NCBI GenBank assembly: GCA_002633005.1
Contig: NMRA01000457.1
Span: 224,145 to 288,144, forward strand
Source: Phoronis australis
Taxonomy: Eukaryota; Animalia; Phoronida
Length of the DNA: 64,000 bases
Direction: 5' to 3'
The notes under the pieces are model-generated. The model saw only the letters and a list, made by a program, of their open reading frames with translations, made no database searches and was not told the DNA's origin. The position numbers and the translations under genes were made by a program. This document shows, piece after piece, positions 11,601-26,600 of the stretch (within the stretch, counting starts at the first letter, position 1; each line of letters opens with the position of its first letter).

Positions 11601-14600
11601 ACTATTGATGACAAATGTTAATTAGCACTATTGATGACAAATCTTGCAAAAATAATTTTCTCACATTACCTGGAATGTGTTACGACACGACTGGTTAATG
11701 ACATCGAGTACGTAATTTTTCTGATATTACATGGGCAAATTGCAAAGTAGTGCAAAACACTAAAACAGCCAAACGCGCACCAACCAAACAATGCCGGAGT
11801 TCCGAGAAGGTGACGATGGTTTGATTGACAAATCGGGTGTCACAACTATGCTCTCCTAGTCAAAAGGACATGCAAATAACTAAGTTCTTAAACGGACCCA
11901 TCTTCGGCGGCAAATTCCATATCCACGTTCATTCAAAGTTTTGATATTACATCTTCAAACACTATTTTATTCTAACTTGAATATTTGCTACAAAAGCAGT
12001 CAGAATGCAATTTACAATATTATTGTTAAGCTTAAAACAAACCTATTAAGAAAAAATAACTGGATTACTTTAAATTGCACAAGCATGTTTTTACAAAAGT
12101 TGCGTCGTGTGGTTGAAAGTTTTATTAGACACGTCGAGTTTTTCAGCAAAAAGATGATCGTTTTTACGGTTCATGTGAGAAAACAAATCTTACACTTGTC
12201 TCAGATTTATGATATGGGCAAAACCTCTTGGAAATTTAGTCAAAATCCCTCGGCAAGCCTCTAGATTTTGACGAAATTTCCAAGAGGCCCATGTTATAAC
12301 CCTTAGACTCGTTTAGGATTCTCTATATATCATACCATTCGTGTGACTATATGTAATATGATTTCATATTAAAAGAATTATGAAATATGATCAACCAAAA
12401 TTACCAGTTCATTTGTCTCTAAATTGTATCCAAGACTTTACCTCTGTTCTTTAATTATTGTAACGTGCTGAGTTAAGATCAGACCCCATGAATCAACATA
12501 CCAACAACGAAATTGTAAGGTATAGACATCGCACTGTTGTTTTTCGTAAAATTCAGAGATATCTCTCCATTCAGTTTCAACCTGCTACTGCTTTCAGAGG
12601 AAAGGCCACATTCCCTACAGGAACAGCAAGTTGACTCGCCTCCTGAAGGACTCACTGGGTGGAAATTGCAGGACCGTCATGATTGCTGCTGTAAGGTAGG
12701 TAGTGCGAGCAACATAAACGCCTCCTGTAGTCTGTCCGTGACCAACGAGGAGTTGAGGTATGACTGACCTGTATTCATTGTGTTCCAGAAGGGTAAGACA
12801 CGCATAAGTTGGACATGCATAGATCGGATTTTTGCACAACGTTGACCAAGTTCTTCGATACGGTTGTTTTAATTCTTGCACCTGGGTCTTTATGTGGGTT
12901 CGATTTCGCATCACTCATGCAAAATCTCTGGGTCTCAGTTTGAATCTGACTTTAATATGCGAGTTTCACTGTGGATTTGAAATTGCCACAAGGCACCAAT
13001 GTGCACTGTGTGGGTCAGGATGTGAGGTTCAGGCGGCATAGATGAAAAGTAGTATTTCATAGCCAGGTTGGATAATATATCGCTGTATGGAAAGTTCAGC
13101 TAATCAAAGAAATGAGGTATCATTCAGTGGTCATGTAATAAAACTAGACGTTGACTCAGTTTATCAGTAGGTGGCTCAACTTAGTCTGAACATTTATGAG
13201 GCTGTTTGAATATTAATTGTGTATTTTGCTGTTGTTACGTCTTGCAGCCCCTCCACGCTAAGCCTAGAAGACACCTACAATACACTGCGTTACGCTGACA
13301 GAGCCAAACACATAAAGGCCAACGTAAGTGGAATTCACTCTATTCCATCCATTCCTATTTGATGTTTTTAATTCTGTGAAATTCTTTCATTATCCTTTTT
13401 ATGTTTTTTTTTAAATGTTAATGGGTTCTGTAATTATATTTTAGACAATTTTTATTATGCTGCACATGCAAAAAGGCGGTCAGGTGTTGGTGCTATCCTT
13501 CAAATGTTAATTGTTTTTTCCTCGTGAAGATTTTGAGATGTATAATTCACAAGATAACCATCTGTAAAATACCTCTCATCTCCTCTCAACCCAAACTCAT
13601 TCCTATGAGATGGGTAAGTTCAACTTGGTAGATTTGTAAAACAGGACTCGATTTGGCCACCTGTGCTTGACTAAGAAATGATGACCTGAGAAATCTTGAA
13701 TTTTATGGCAGAATTTGCTGCTTCTTCAACTCAGATATCCATTTTTGTCCATTTTTGACGGTTGCCAACTGTGCTGGATTTATAATGTTCAGGACTACAT
13801 TCACGGTTTTCTTGTTTTGACAAGCTTAATTTTTGGCAACCTGGGAACGTTGCTTTGAACTGAGCTTTGAGCCCTGTAAAATGCTTTGTTTTTTCCACTT
13901 TTCATCGTCAGGACATGCTCATTTTTGTCAGAAAATATTTTGCTTTCATAATTAATAAAATAACGCTTCATCAGATTGCCAATGAGGCATTTTTGAGTTG
14001 CAGTCTGTCGACAGAGAGGATAAACTGACTAACTTACTAAAACAAAGCATTCCCTTTACTCTCATAATCTTGGCCCTGTAATACTCCTTACTGTGACAAG
14101 ATTCTATTTCCGCTACCAAGTCAGACAATGTGTACATGCGTATGGCGCATGCAACGGAAATGCAATATTGTATTACTGTTAGGAATATTATGAGATCAAT
14201 TTAATGAAAGCAAAAATGTCTAATTCAATCTTTGTTTTTAGCCAGCTAAACTGGGTGACATACAATTTTGATTTAAACCTTATTATTTGGTAAAACTGCA
14301 CTAGAATTTACACTTTCTAATAAGGAGACGTAATTGCTCTAATGTGCCATAATTTTCACGATTTCAGTTGAAGAAGAATGTCATGAGTATTGACGTACAC
14401 GTGAGTCGGTATGCTCAGATCTGTGACGAACTTCGTGCCGAGGTAGGAACGCAGATTCACTGTAATTTTACTGGCTTACCTCCATTTATGCAAGTCAAAG
14501 TTTAAACAAATCCGAGAGCATCAACATTTATGATGCTGTTCATTTATCTTGTTTAAGGTGTCTGCTTCAACTGTTCTTGTAAAGTTTACTTTCTTTAGAA

Positions 14601-17600
14601 GATTAGGTCAGTTTCTGCCACAGAATCTTGTTGTAAAATATAACATGTCCTCACCTGTTGAGTGGATTTCGTTATGCAGTCGTTTCTTTAGTTCTAGTCA
14701 TGATTAATTTGTATTTCTTACTGGGATTTCCCATAGATAAGCCCATCCGATGAAACACCCGTGGGTGTTTATTCGGAAAATTATGTTGATTACACGTCCA
14801 TGGGCATTTATTTGGTCAAGTGTCCATACAGTGGGTTGTTTTGTTTGGAAAGTTTCCTCTTAAAAGTCCACTCAGCATCAACTTTTTGCCACAAATTAAG
14901 GTTGGTGGAGCATTTATCATTTATAAAAACGAACAACATGTTGGCGAACTATGCATTTATTAACATGAAATTAAAAAATGTAGTTTTAAGTAAAAAATGT
15001 CAAAGTCAGCAAAACTATGACTTTCCGTTTACATGCCCCCTTATCTGAATTAATCTCCGGGCGTTTATTTGGTGTTGTTAAAATGCCTGAGTTTTCATTT
15101 TCCGAATACATGCCCATGGGCTTATCTACGGAAATTCCTGGTAACAACTAAAGAGTGTTTATTCTTCAATGTTACGCCTATAATCCCTAGGTTTTAAGAA
15201 GATAATCGATGTTCTTGTTTCCAATTTTTTCTGTAAATCTCAGTTTTACTGCCGAGGTTAATGGGATCTTATGACTAAAATTTGTACTTTAAATGGGAAG
15301 TCATTCATTTTTCAGCTGTTTATTTCTCCACTGTTCATCTCTGTACTTATTATTTCAATTTTTATTTCCCTATTGCAAAAGCTCAGTGTTTAGATGTATG
15401 CTTAGTTTTCAACAGACAGATAGTCATCATTAATTTGAACGTAAAATACAACTAGATAATGACAGTTATTTGCCAAAAGCTTGACCACGCAGATGAAAAC
15501 TTCTCTGTTGTTTGCAGATGAATACTTCTCTATTCACATTTTTGTACCTGTTATTAATAGTTCTGTTTTGTATGTGTGTTTGTGTGTGTGTGTGTGTGTG
15601 TGTAAATGTGCCTACTTATTTCTTTATTTCCGATGTCATGACCCCACCTAATGACTGCCTTTTGTTTTGAAGGTTTCTCAGTTGAAGACAAAACTTCGCA
15701 AGTATGAGTCGGGCGCTGGGACTTGTAAGAGTATGGTTATGTGTGACCAATCATATGAAGTTGACGAGTGAGTTGACCCAACTGGTTATTGTGCTGACAC
15801 TGTGCCTTAAATGTGAATGCAACTGTTTTTAATGTTGCTTCGAATAAGAATATAGATCCATGGTTGTCTTGGAGATACGCTTTTCTGTGTTGCTTCCCCA
15901 TGTATTTGGAACAATGAAAGGTGACACGAACAGCCAAGCAAAAGGCTCACGCCTTAGTTCTACATTCACTACCATTGAGCACACACAATGTCCTACTCGC
16001 TGTTGACCACACTATGTGTGACGGTCATTCATGTTTGCTCAATGGCAGTGAATGCAGAACTAAGCTACAGTCTTTTGATGGTCCGTTTACATCACTCTCT
16101 TGTATTCTGTGGATATCGAAGAATATCTCTTCAGGATAACTAATCATCTAGTTTTTAATAAAGGTAACATTAAAATGTTTGCGTTCCCTTTTAATTGAAT
16201 TGGTTACAGTGAATGACTATGGTATAAACTCTTATGTACGCATGTGTGCCTATATTCTGAAATAATGTATTTTTTCAATGAGTTTTGCATCGAAGTGCAA
16301 ATGACAGGCTGCGTCTGTGCTTGTCTTAAAGCTGGTGTTTCGGCACGTTTTATCCATTCTCATTATTTACATTTCAAGTTAACGTTTAATTGAATACATG
16401 TCATCGTCTACCATTTTGTAACTAATCAATTCAAGTTTCACTGACACATATGTGGTGCGTAGACTTACTACAGGCTCATAAAATAGGCTGGTAACTGAAC
16501 AACTGTGTTTTTTTTTACTAAAGCTGCAATGGTCCCACATTCTGTTAAAATGACTATAAAGATAAACGTTTGATTTAAATCACTAATCCTTATTACTTGT
16601 TGGTTCATTACACTGTCTGACTTTCTTGTGAAATTTTACTTTTGCAGTCAAGCTGTGATACAGTGTGCTTGGGGCCTGTTTCACTAAATTTGTTTTTCAC
16701 ATTATAAAATTACACTGATAAATATATATGTGTTAGACATAAAATATGCCTTAATTTATGCAAACATGTTTTTTTACAGAGTTTAAGCTGAGGGCTGTTC
16801 CAGTAGAATCCGTGTTGGAGGGGGGGGATGGCAGTAGAAATAAAAATTCATGGGTGATGGTCTTCAGAAAAAAAGTCAAATTATGGGTGGTCATTCCTGT
16901 AAGAAGTGATGCATTAAAAATGGGCGGTATTTTTTGACCTGTTAATGCTGACAGGTTGGTTACTTCAGCCCTCTAAACTAAAAAAAATGCAATTGGCATA
17001 TATCCTAACTTATCCCAATACAAAAAAGCCCATATTGCCAGTAAGCAGAGTGCAATGTGTTCACTAAGCCATTAATCAAGTCATGGGCAACTGGATTTGA
17101 GCCAACTATTTGTCTGCAGTCCTATAATTGAATTGAAAAGTTATGCAACACTAAACTGGTGTTAACACATATAAGAAAATTGATGATTTTTAAATAAAAA
17201 GTATGAGGAGTAAGATAAACAAGTTCCCATATTCTCTTGACATAGAAGTATAAAAGAGTTCGTGGAGACAGTTTGAGATTCATAGATCCTTGTAATTGAA
17301 AAAATGTTCATTGAAATTATAGACACATGGTGAACAGAGACACCTGGTGGTATTGCTCACAGGCTACTTTAGTTTTTGACAATATTGGACAAGACAACTA
17401 GTTCTTGTCTGTCAATCATCTAAGTTCTTAACAGGCCTCCTGGAGGCAATTTGTTTGCAATTGTTGGATTTTAGATTTTAACCTATTAAAAATAATTATA
17501 AAATTATGGGTCATGGGTTGGAGAAATAAATGAAAAATATGGGCGGTGGGTACGAAATAAAAGTGCCTTCCCCCCTCCCATACAGATTTTGCTGGAACAG

Positions 17601-20600
17601 CCCTGAGATTTATGACCTGGCATAAATATCATTTTAGACTCTGTTTTGCAACATTTTAGTGAGACCCACCGATAGTTCCATCACTTGTGAAGCTCCGTAT
17701 CACAAGTCTCAAATCAAGTACTTTGTATATACATTGATTTGCTTTATGAACTTTAGATCCTCATATGTTGAAAAGGTGATGTATGATGGGTTGATTGCTT
17801 CCAAATGTGTAGGTGTACTGACAATATTTGGTCTAAAAAGCCAGAGAAGTGGCAAGCCCAGTCCTATAACAGCCAGTTTTTAGCCAGTAGGTGTCACTGT
17901 TAGTGTCTTTCTTCTAGCCTGCTACGCAAAATCCGCTATGTGTTCTCCGCCCGAGTGTCTATTCACAAGGAAATCATGGACCTGGAGTGTTCCCAGCGGG
18001 ATGTCGAGTTCAGGATTTATCGCAAAGAGCGTACTCTGGCAAGATTGGACTGTGTACATTTGGAAAAGTATACCCAAAATGAGGTACATGACTGTATAAT
18101 TAAATATGCTTTGCGAACTTATTCTGCAGTCTTCTGGCTCTATACTGTTAAGTCGGTATTCAGTCTATATCAACACGTGCAGTAAAGTCTAATTCCTCAT
18201 ACAAGACACACATAGGCCCATATTTGGAATTTTTGTAATATTGGCCTACTTTTGAAACAAAAATAGGCTGTGCAAAGTTTCCTAAAATAAGAAACAAGTT
18301 CATTTCAGGTCACTCTAACTTATCTGCTGTTAATAAATTTGAAAGGTAAGGTTACTTTTGTTGAATCCGTTTTTGGTAAATTTCTCATTTTATCTCATAC
18401 TCTGAAAGGTATTTTGGACCATCCACAGTCAATTTTTATATCAGCAAGAATAATGAAAACAAGCAACAGTTCTTCAAACCATTGACGCTAAGAACAAATC
18501 ACACACTGCAAACACTGTGTGTCTGATTTGTTGGATCATTGTTGAATAAATTTCATAGCCCGACGCCATTGATCAAGCCGATATGCACATTTGTATGCAC
18601 TGGAGAGAGGACAAAAAATCGCCAGGTTAAGATCGAGCACAACAATCAACAGGCAGAAGTGAAATAACTCGGCTGACATTTTCGGATCTTGCTATCTTTT
18701 GGTTTGAAAAATTGTTATTTCTACTAAATTTCATTTCGTAAGAAAAGTGAAAGTGAAATGCTTTTTATCTTGAATATCAAAAAAAGAAATACTACTGGTA
18801 TCCTAAACTCTCTCAACTCCATTATAGGTGATCATTTCTTGTCGACGTTGCTGCCAAATTTTCTATTTTTAAGCTCCTCTATTTCCGAAATTATGCTTGA
18901 GTTTAAGCTGGAAGTACTAAAATTTAGGTAGAATTGTTTGCTTAACATATGCTTGGAGGTTTACTATAATCTAAAGTATGACTTCATAGTGTACTGAAAC
19001 CCGTAAATTAAGAACTCCAAACTTGAGTTCTAAAAGTTTGTAATTAGTGGCGTACAGGACTGACACACTGAAGCTGATCCGCTCTACTGTACAAAAATGT
19101 TGGTTATTTCATACATTTTCAACTTTCTTAAAAGACTGAATTTGAGGCAATGTCACAATTTTAAACCCATAGATTTACACTGTACTGTATAGTCACTCAA
19201 AAACTTCACTGTAGAGTTATCATTTCTGTGAACTAAAAACAATTACCCTTTTTATGTTGGTTTTACGTGATATCACATGTGCATATTTTACAGATAATGA
19301 ACAAAGTGCAGAGGCAAATTACTTCAGCCCAGTCACGGCGATGCACTCTGGTAGACAAAACAGGAACGTTGAACGAGAGGCTGGATGAGAATGGCCAGTG
19401 GCTTGAGCGGGTCAAGACTGAGATTGCGGTTGCCTGTAAAGGTGAACAAGTTCCCGAGGTGGGTCTGGGTCCAGTGTAGACGTTTTACGTTTTGCAGACC
19501 TACAGTAGATTTGAAAAAAAAGTTGACGATATCTCTTCTTTGCAAAAATCAATAAAAAGTGGAGCTAATTATCTCTGGCTAATTTTCAAGTGGTTCAGTG
19601 TTAATGTGTTTTATCCATTGTCCTTTGGTTTTGACATAACTTTGAAATTTGTCCTTCATTTTCTTGTTTGAAAATGTACGTACGCATCTTTTGGGGATTT
19701 CTCGCAAACTGCATTTCCCACTGTTCTCTTCTCTCATATGCTATGTTCCACTTCATGCATGGATTTCATTTATTCTAAGAAGTATGCCTGTGATTGGAAG
19801 GTATAAGAAATTGTGATTGGTGAAGATAACATAATACTGTCAGTAGGGTGCGAAAAGTAAAGAGTGCTTGCCTGATACAATTTTTATTTTGTAATTGTAA
19901 TCAAATAAAATCAGGCGTCCACTCACACCATGCAACCCTTGGATTTTCCTTACACACTCTGTCTAAAAATGTTGTGACTTTCCAAATTTCCACTGAAAGA
20001 TTATATGTGGCAAGTAATTGCTTTGATCCTCAAAAATTCAAATGGTGCCTAGTGAAATTTTTGTTACTCAGTGCTACACACCTGCTGGCCACTTTGTCTA
20101 CCTCATATATTGCAAATGTGAACACGTTCACTTTGCCACTATATCTGTGCTTACAGTTTGCTTGCATGTCTTGTATCCTCAGAGTTTATGGCATTGCGTG
20201 AATGAAATGTTCAAAAAAATACTACAGAACTGCAAAACGTTGACAAAAAGAACTGAAACCTATTTGATAAGAATGTATGATTTGACTGTTTGCTTTTTCT
20301 TTCGGTGAAGATAATTTCTTCTTTGTCTAAATTTTGTAACCATTATTGTCTCTGGGTTGGTGAAGATAAACACATCAAAACTACTGACTTAATTCACTTA
20401 ACAATTCCATTGAGACGTGTTTCCAGTCACTCCTGCTTTCTCTCCACACAGATTGTAGATATGGCACTACATGCAGGACACCTGGAGGTAGAACTGCGAG
20501 ACACTCGGCGCCAGGTGAAACATCTTAAGAAACTGGTCAAGGCTCAAGACAGGGACACTCAGGCTTCAGAAAGGTAGGTATTGTGGGGAAAAGACACCGG

Positions 20601-23600
20601 TGGTGTCCTGTTTGCGATAGATTGTTTATTATTCTTGGCACTGTGAGTCACGGATATAACTGAGTTAAGAAATTACAAGAGATTTTCCGTTATGCACTTC
20701 ATTTGTACAAATTATGCTTATTATGCATAAAGTCTCAATCAACCCGTATGTTCTCTCGAAAACTAATTTTTGATTTAAGCCACTTACTGTCATAAAATCC
20801 TTGTTCAGAAATTGAAGCATGATTGTGCCTGATCATTGTGACGTACTCTGTATAACCTCATAAGATGCAGTGTTGTTTACACAGTCTTCTCTTCAACCTT
20901 CTGTCACTGGTGAAGAAGCAACACTTACTACTAAAAGGCAACAACTTGGCAACTTCAGACATTGTGTCCGAGTTTGACAGTATTCAGTCGACGGTTGTTG
21001 ACGACCGCGAGATCTCCTGGGCCGACCAGAGCTTCTCCGTCTCTGGCGAGTCGACGATATCTCGTCTGACAGATCTGCCTGTAATCAGCTGTGTAGCAAC
21101 CCGTGAGTAGAACCACCTGTCATCACTGTTGGTAGCGTTGAAAGTGTTCTAACGCTGTAAGTGCAAATCACTTGTGCTGGGTTAGGTTGTTGGTTGATAT
21201 CAGAAGAATAGCATGGCGATGATGACTCAATCAAAGGATTGCAACCACAACTGTGCACAGGAAAATTAATAGCTTAAAACTTAAACTCAATGATCCACGG
21301 AAATTTTGTATTCGAAATTCACGGATAGTTTTTCTGCTTATTTTCCTGCAGTCTTTTTAAGTTCCTCTGCTATAAGATCATTAAATAAGTCCAACTTCAG
21401 TACAATTTTGACAAGGTTTTTAAACCAACTCTTCCTCTTTCTCACCTTTACATTGTTATGTCTTCGCTTTCAGCCAAGGCACCCGTTGGTCGGAAGCAAC
21501 GGAGAAGCAGCAAGTCTCAAACACCAAAGACCCCTAGCAGGAAGAGTGAGTAGTGTCTGTTCTACTAGATTCGGTAAAAAGTAAAATCTTGTGAGACTCA
21601 CTGTCAAATGTTGTTGCGTTGATCTTATTTGACATTTTGTTGGACACAATGCTGTAGAGTGCTAATTGGCTTCATTGACATTTTCCACCAGCTGGCATGC
21701 CATTTGCAAGTTGAGGGTCAGATTGTGCGGTAATGGATCCAACTTCACGGTTAACAATGTAGCATTCAAGATGCAAATCATTCTATGAATTAAACTGCAA
21801 TTGAGATGCACTAGATAGTTGTTTACTACCTTTTATTGCCTTTGTTAATGCTGTTGTTCTATTTTGTTGTTTTACAGGTTTTATTGCAGCAGACAATGCT
21901 ATGACACCGGGAAAGAACTCCCAAAATGTCAAAGGTCAGACTCTCTGCTTCTCACCATCAGGCTCACCGTTGACATCCGGCACTGAGAGTTCATTGTCGT
22001 TGGCTTGTGTCTCAGGGTCACAAAGTGCAGACTCACCAGAGGCTAGCCATCAGATCACCGCTAAAGCTGGGGCGACCCCGGCTCCAAAAGAGATGAAGCC
22101 AGTTGATGATGGTCATGAAAGTAAAGCACAGGTGGAGAAAAAAGCAGGTGGGACCAGACCTGAGAAGCAGGCAGAAGCCGATGCTGTCAGATACCTTCGC
22201 GTGGAAAAAGGAAATGACTCGATAAAGTCAAGCGAAGCCATTGATTTGGTCTCCAATGCTTATGGAAAGAACTTACATGTCAGCCATGATTCACTGACGA
22301 CAAGCAAGGATAGCAGAGAAGTGCCATTGTCTCGAGATCTTGGTGGACTTTTACGGCTGGAGCATGGGCGGTCGTATAGTGTTGAGGCTCCACAAGCGCA
22401 CCTCGCCATTTGTGAAGCCAACAGTGTGACTTCTCTACCGAGTTTGTCGCAGTCTCCCCCTATTGTTGTGTCCTCAGACTCATCTCTTTCCCAGCACAGT
22501 GTAGATGATACATATGTGATTCCCGTCGAGGATGACCAGCTGTGTGCAGAGGTGGTGCCCCCTGTTATCATTGAGAGCACGAGTGTGAACAGTGTAATAT
22601 CTACGTCGGAGTCCCCCAAAGTCACGGCGACTGGGACGGATGTGGCAGAGACTTTCACCAGCTACACAGAGGAGGGTGGCTCCTCTGGCGAAGGAAAACA
22701 AATCCACTTGAGACTCTGCGGAGGTGCAACGGTGACCAAAGCGAAATGCGACAGTGGGACAAACCAAGCGACAAAAGTGCCGAGGGCTTTAACGTTTGAT
22801 ACCCCAACAGGTATGTGAGTGTTTTCCAAGTGCAGGGTTGCATAAATCTTGTATTTCTTGGCATTATTGCTCTCAATGGTATTTGTAACACTGATCTTTT
22901 TCAACATACTGTGCAGTAGTGCTCTGTTAAAGCAATTTGGTCAGGAAAATGTGTATCGGGTTTCAGTTGTACTTCCGTTGGTAATAGTCTGATATAACGT
23001 GCCCGCATTTTGAGAACCAGTGGTACATTCATCATGGTGCTTGTTCTTTTAAGAATGCAGGAACACTTGACGATGGCCGTAGAATAGACCGACCAAAACA
23101 TCGTGACAGTGTAAATAGACAAAAGGTCGCTGTAAATAGACCAAGAGATTTTCATAATAGTTGTAACACGCCACCACCTCAGAGTGGTTTTAGAAAGTCA
23201 TGTATTGTTTTGGGTTGTAATGTAGCAGGTAAAACCTTACATAGTCCTCTAGTAACTCTTTTGACGTAGGCATTAAAAGATTCCCTAACTGTGACCGGTA
23301 ATACGTTCTAATGCTTTACTGCTTTTCAGTCAAAAAGTCCTTTGCTGATGTGGTGAAGTCGCCTCCTAACTCTTCCATATTGCTGAGTGCCTACAACTCT
23401 CTGCGTGCTGCATCACCGCTGGCAACACAGCTGTCGCAAACTCCTGTTGGCGACACCTGCAGGTTTGGCTCTTGCCATTTTTTGTCTGGTCTGATTTTCT
23501 GAATAGTTTCTTATAAATTTGTTACAACAGAGGCAGTAGTGGCAGTAGCTAGGTACAGACTCCAGCGTAGGTTGGCACAGAAATTAAGAAGATTGAGCGC

Positions 23601-26600
23601 AAGTGATGCGAGAACAAATAGGCAGTCATAGCTTACACTACCTGGGACAAGTTGTCAGACCAGTGTGTCCAATCAGCTTGTCACTGCACAAGTTGAGACG
23701 GTGTTGAGACGGTGTTGAGACGGAACTATCAGCATTGCGCTGACGCAGCTCATCTCTCTCACTCAACTTGCTCTAGTGCGAATGATACTTTATTATCTCT
23801 CTCACTCAACTTGCTCTAGTGCGAATGATACTTTATTATCTCTCTCACTCAACTTGCTCTAGTGCGAATGATACTTTATTATCTCTCTCACTCAACTTGC
23901 TCTAGTGCGAATGATACTTTATTGTCGTCAAGTCATACAGAAAACATGCTTGAGCAGACCAGTCAAGTGATGTAGTACCTTAATTTTCGTAGCTTATGAT
24001 TGGATCAAAAGTAGTTTAATTCGTATGCGTACTGAAAATCTTTCAATGATTTTGTAGCAGTGTTCCAACGTTGGTTTGCAATGCTCCGTACCTGCTAACC
24101 TTTGATGCTCAAAAGATCGACAGAAGTGTAATTGATGACAAAACTAACATGGAGTCTAATGTCAGTTCGAAGTTCACAAAATAATACGTCTGGATGGCAT
24201 AGCGTGGAGGTATATGTTTAGATTTGTCTTTATCGTTTAGGAATGACGAAAATCGAGCTGTTGTTAAGTCTGGCTCAAAACATCGACGTGCTGCTACTGG
24301 TCCTGATCAGCACCTCTATCTTCGGCGATTAGGCAGAGAGCGTGAGGGACAGGGTGACCATGACGACCAGTGCAGCGCATCGCCTCTAAGGGAGGTGAAT
24401 ATTGGTAACGGCACCCTGCAGAGGATGGGACTCCCTTCAATGCAGAAGGGGCGCATGGCAGCGCGTGGCACCCCTAAGTACATGAAGATGACCGCATCAG
24501 CTGCAATCAAGAGGCGCAATAACCACGTCAGGTAGGATAGATGGATTTTTTTCTGTGTTGGTAATGACTTTGTTGTTAGAGTGGCTAAATTAGTTTGTAC
24601 AGTCAAAGTGCATAACGAGTCTGGTTTTATTGTATTGTTTTACACGCTTCTATTTATCACTCCTCAAGTCCCAAACCAATTGTACTTGATAAAAGTTGCT
24701 ATGGTTACAGCAAACATTGGATGCAGCCAAATTTTTAGAGTGGCTCTGGAAGGGCTTGTTGTAAAGTGTTTCCACTGTACTTGGTATACTCCCTTCCACT
24801 GAGAGTCGGAGATGACTTTTAGATATAATTGAAACTTGTAGGAGAGATTGGGGGTATGAATTTTCCATATGGGAGACAGTTGGAACAATATGGACAGGTG
24901 AACTTTTTATGATATGACTATTTTTCCAGCAACACTTGAAACTTTGAATTATGATATTTGGTTTCTTCTTTTGTAATGTTACCAGAGGAGTTAAGACACT
25001 TAAAATGCAAAAAGTTTTTGCCATGAAATGTCACATCTTCATAGTTGGTTTTGGAAATCACAAAGCAGAATTTGCTGGCTTTACTCATCTGATCTTGGAG
25101 CTTGCGACATATGTCATGTAGCTAAGTTGAGAACAAACTTGTTTTCTTTGGAACAATTTCTTTGCAAAATTTATCAGGGACAAGTCAATAAAGTCTTGCT
25201 TTGAAATTGCTGTTGAAACTCATAAAAAACAAACTCTGTGAGCACTTTTTTACCAGACCTGTTCATAGAAATTTTCATCATTGTAATTGTATTTTGTTAT
25301 TGTACAGGTCATTGTCATCTAAAGAGAATGCACCTTGCGAATTGATGAGTAACCCAAGGCGACAGTCCGTCTACCAAAGGGGGCGGGGAAATGGTGGAAC
25401 AATGGATGGCAGAAAAACTGGGTAATGTTTTGATTTTAATACAACCAATGTAAAACCAAAGTGTGAAACTCATCTTCATTTAGAAACATTTTTCTTACAA
25501 TATTAACCAGTACAAGAAAATGAGTCAAGATACCTTTTGGAGCAAAAATCTTACTTCGTAGGAATGAAACAATGGACGCTGCCTAATACTCTAAAATGCA
25601 TTTCTCTTTCCATCAACATTTACTTTCTTGTATGAATACAGCTAACTATACAATATTCATAAAATCAATAATGAATATCCCTCTAACATGAAACATGTCA
25701 AAACATAAGTGACCTTCTGAAGATTGTGAATTGGATTAAGCAACTTGTTTTCCCACGTATCAAATTCGGAACATTGAACAAATATCAAGCTATTTGCCAC
25801 AACACTTGACTCAGGGTTGAGTGCAGGTTATTTCTAACGAACAGTTTGGAATAGCTAGCATATAGATGTTTTGTTTTTTTACTGAGCAGTGTCAAATAAG
25901 CACCTCATTTGTACCGTTTATATGAAACGAGCGAGAGTGTTTTTGTTTATTTTTCTCAGCTATAACACTCCTTGAATAGAATTTACTACTGCACTTCTGT
26001 CACACGAGAAAATTCTTTTGCCACAACTTCACTACCCAGTGTTAATAAAACTGTTTTCGCTGATAAAACTCTTTGCCTTTATGGTTCATTCAGCGTTTAA
26101 AGAGAAACAAATGTTTTGGGTGTGCCGTTTAGTAAAAATAAATTAATTGATGCTCCTTATTTTACTATCCATGGAACACTAAAATGTAATATTGATGGAC
26201 TAGCAAAAGGACTGGACCTTGGTTCTATATTAACTTCCATAGTGCCGACACAGTGTACTATTCGCTATTGAACACAATGTGCGTCAGTCGTGTGTGATCA
26301 ATGGAAGTGACCGCGAAACTAAGATGTGAGATTTGTGCTGGTCTTTTAAACGTCACTTCCTATGGTTCCATGGATGGTAAATCCACATCAAGGGAAAATG
26401 ACTCTCCAAGATTACCAAGCGTCTTTGAATTATTTTTCCCAAAGGCATGAAAACAGTTGCTTTTCCCTTTATTAAGCAGACATCACGTTTTATTTAGTTT
26501 GCCATTTTGTCGCGATTCCTTGTCGTTTTCACGTCTTATGCGAATTTTATTTTATTTTCAGGCCCAAGTTCCGTAGCCAGTCCGTGAGTGCTTTCCATCG

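Noticed and set aside
22260-22907. Antisense ORFs over exon 16 (and 28544-29134 over the last exon)
   Set aside because: Shadows of the sense-strand coding sequence
23752-23923. CRISPR-like array
   Set aside because: Units are contiguous with no unique spacers; eukaryotic intron; no cas genes
24695-24708. Near-consensus RFX X-box gttgctatggttac
   Set aside because: Isolated deep in a KIF18 intron with no promoter context; plausible by chance
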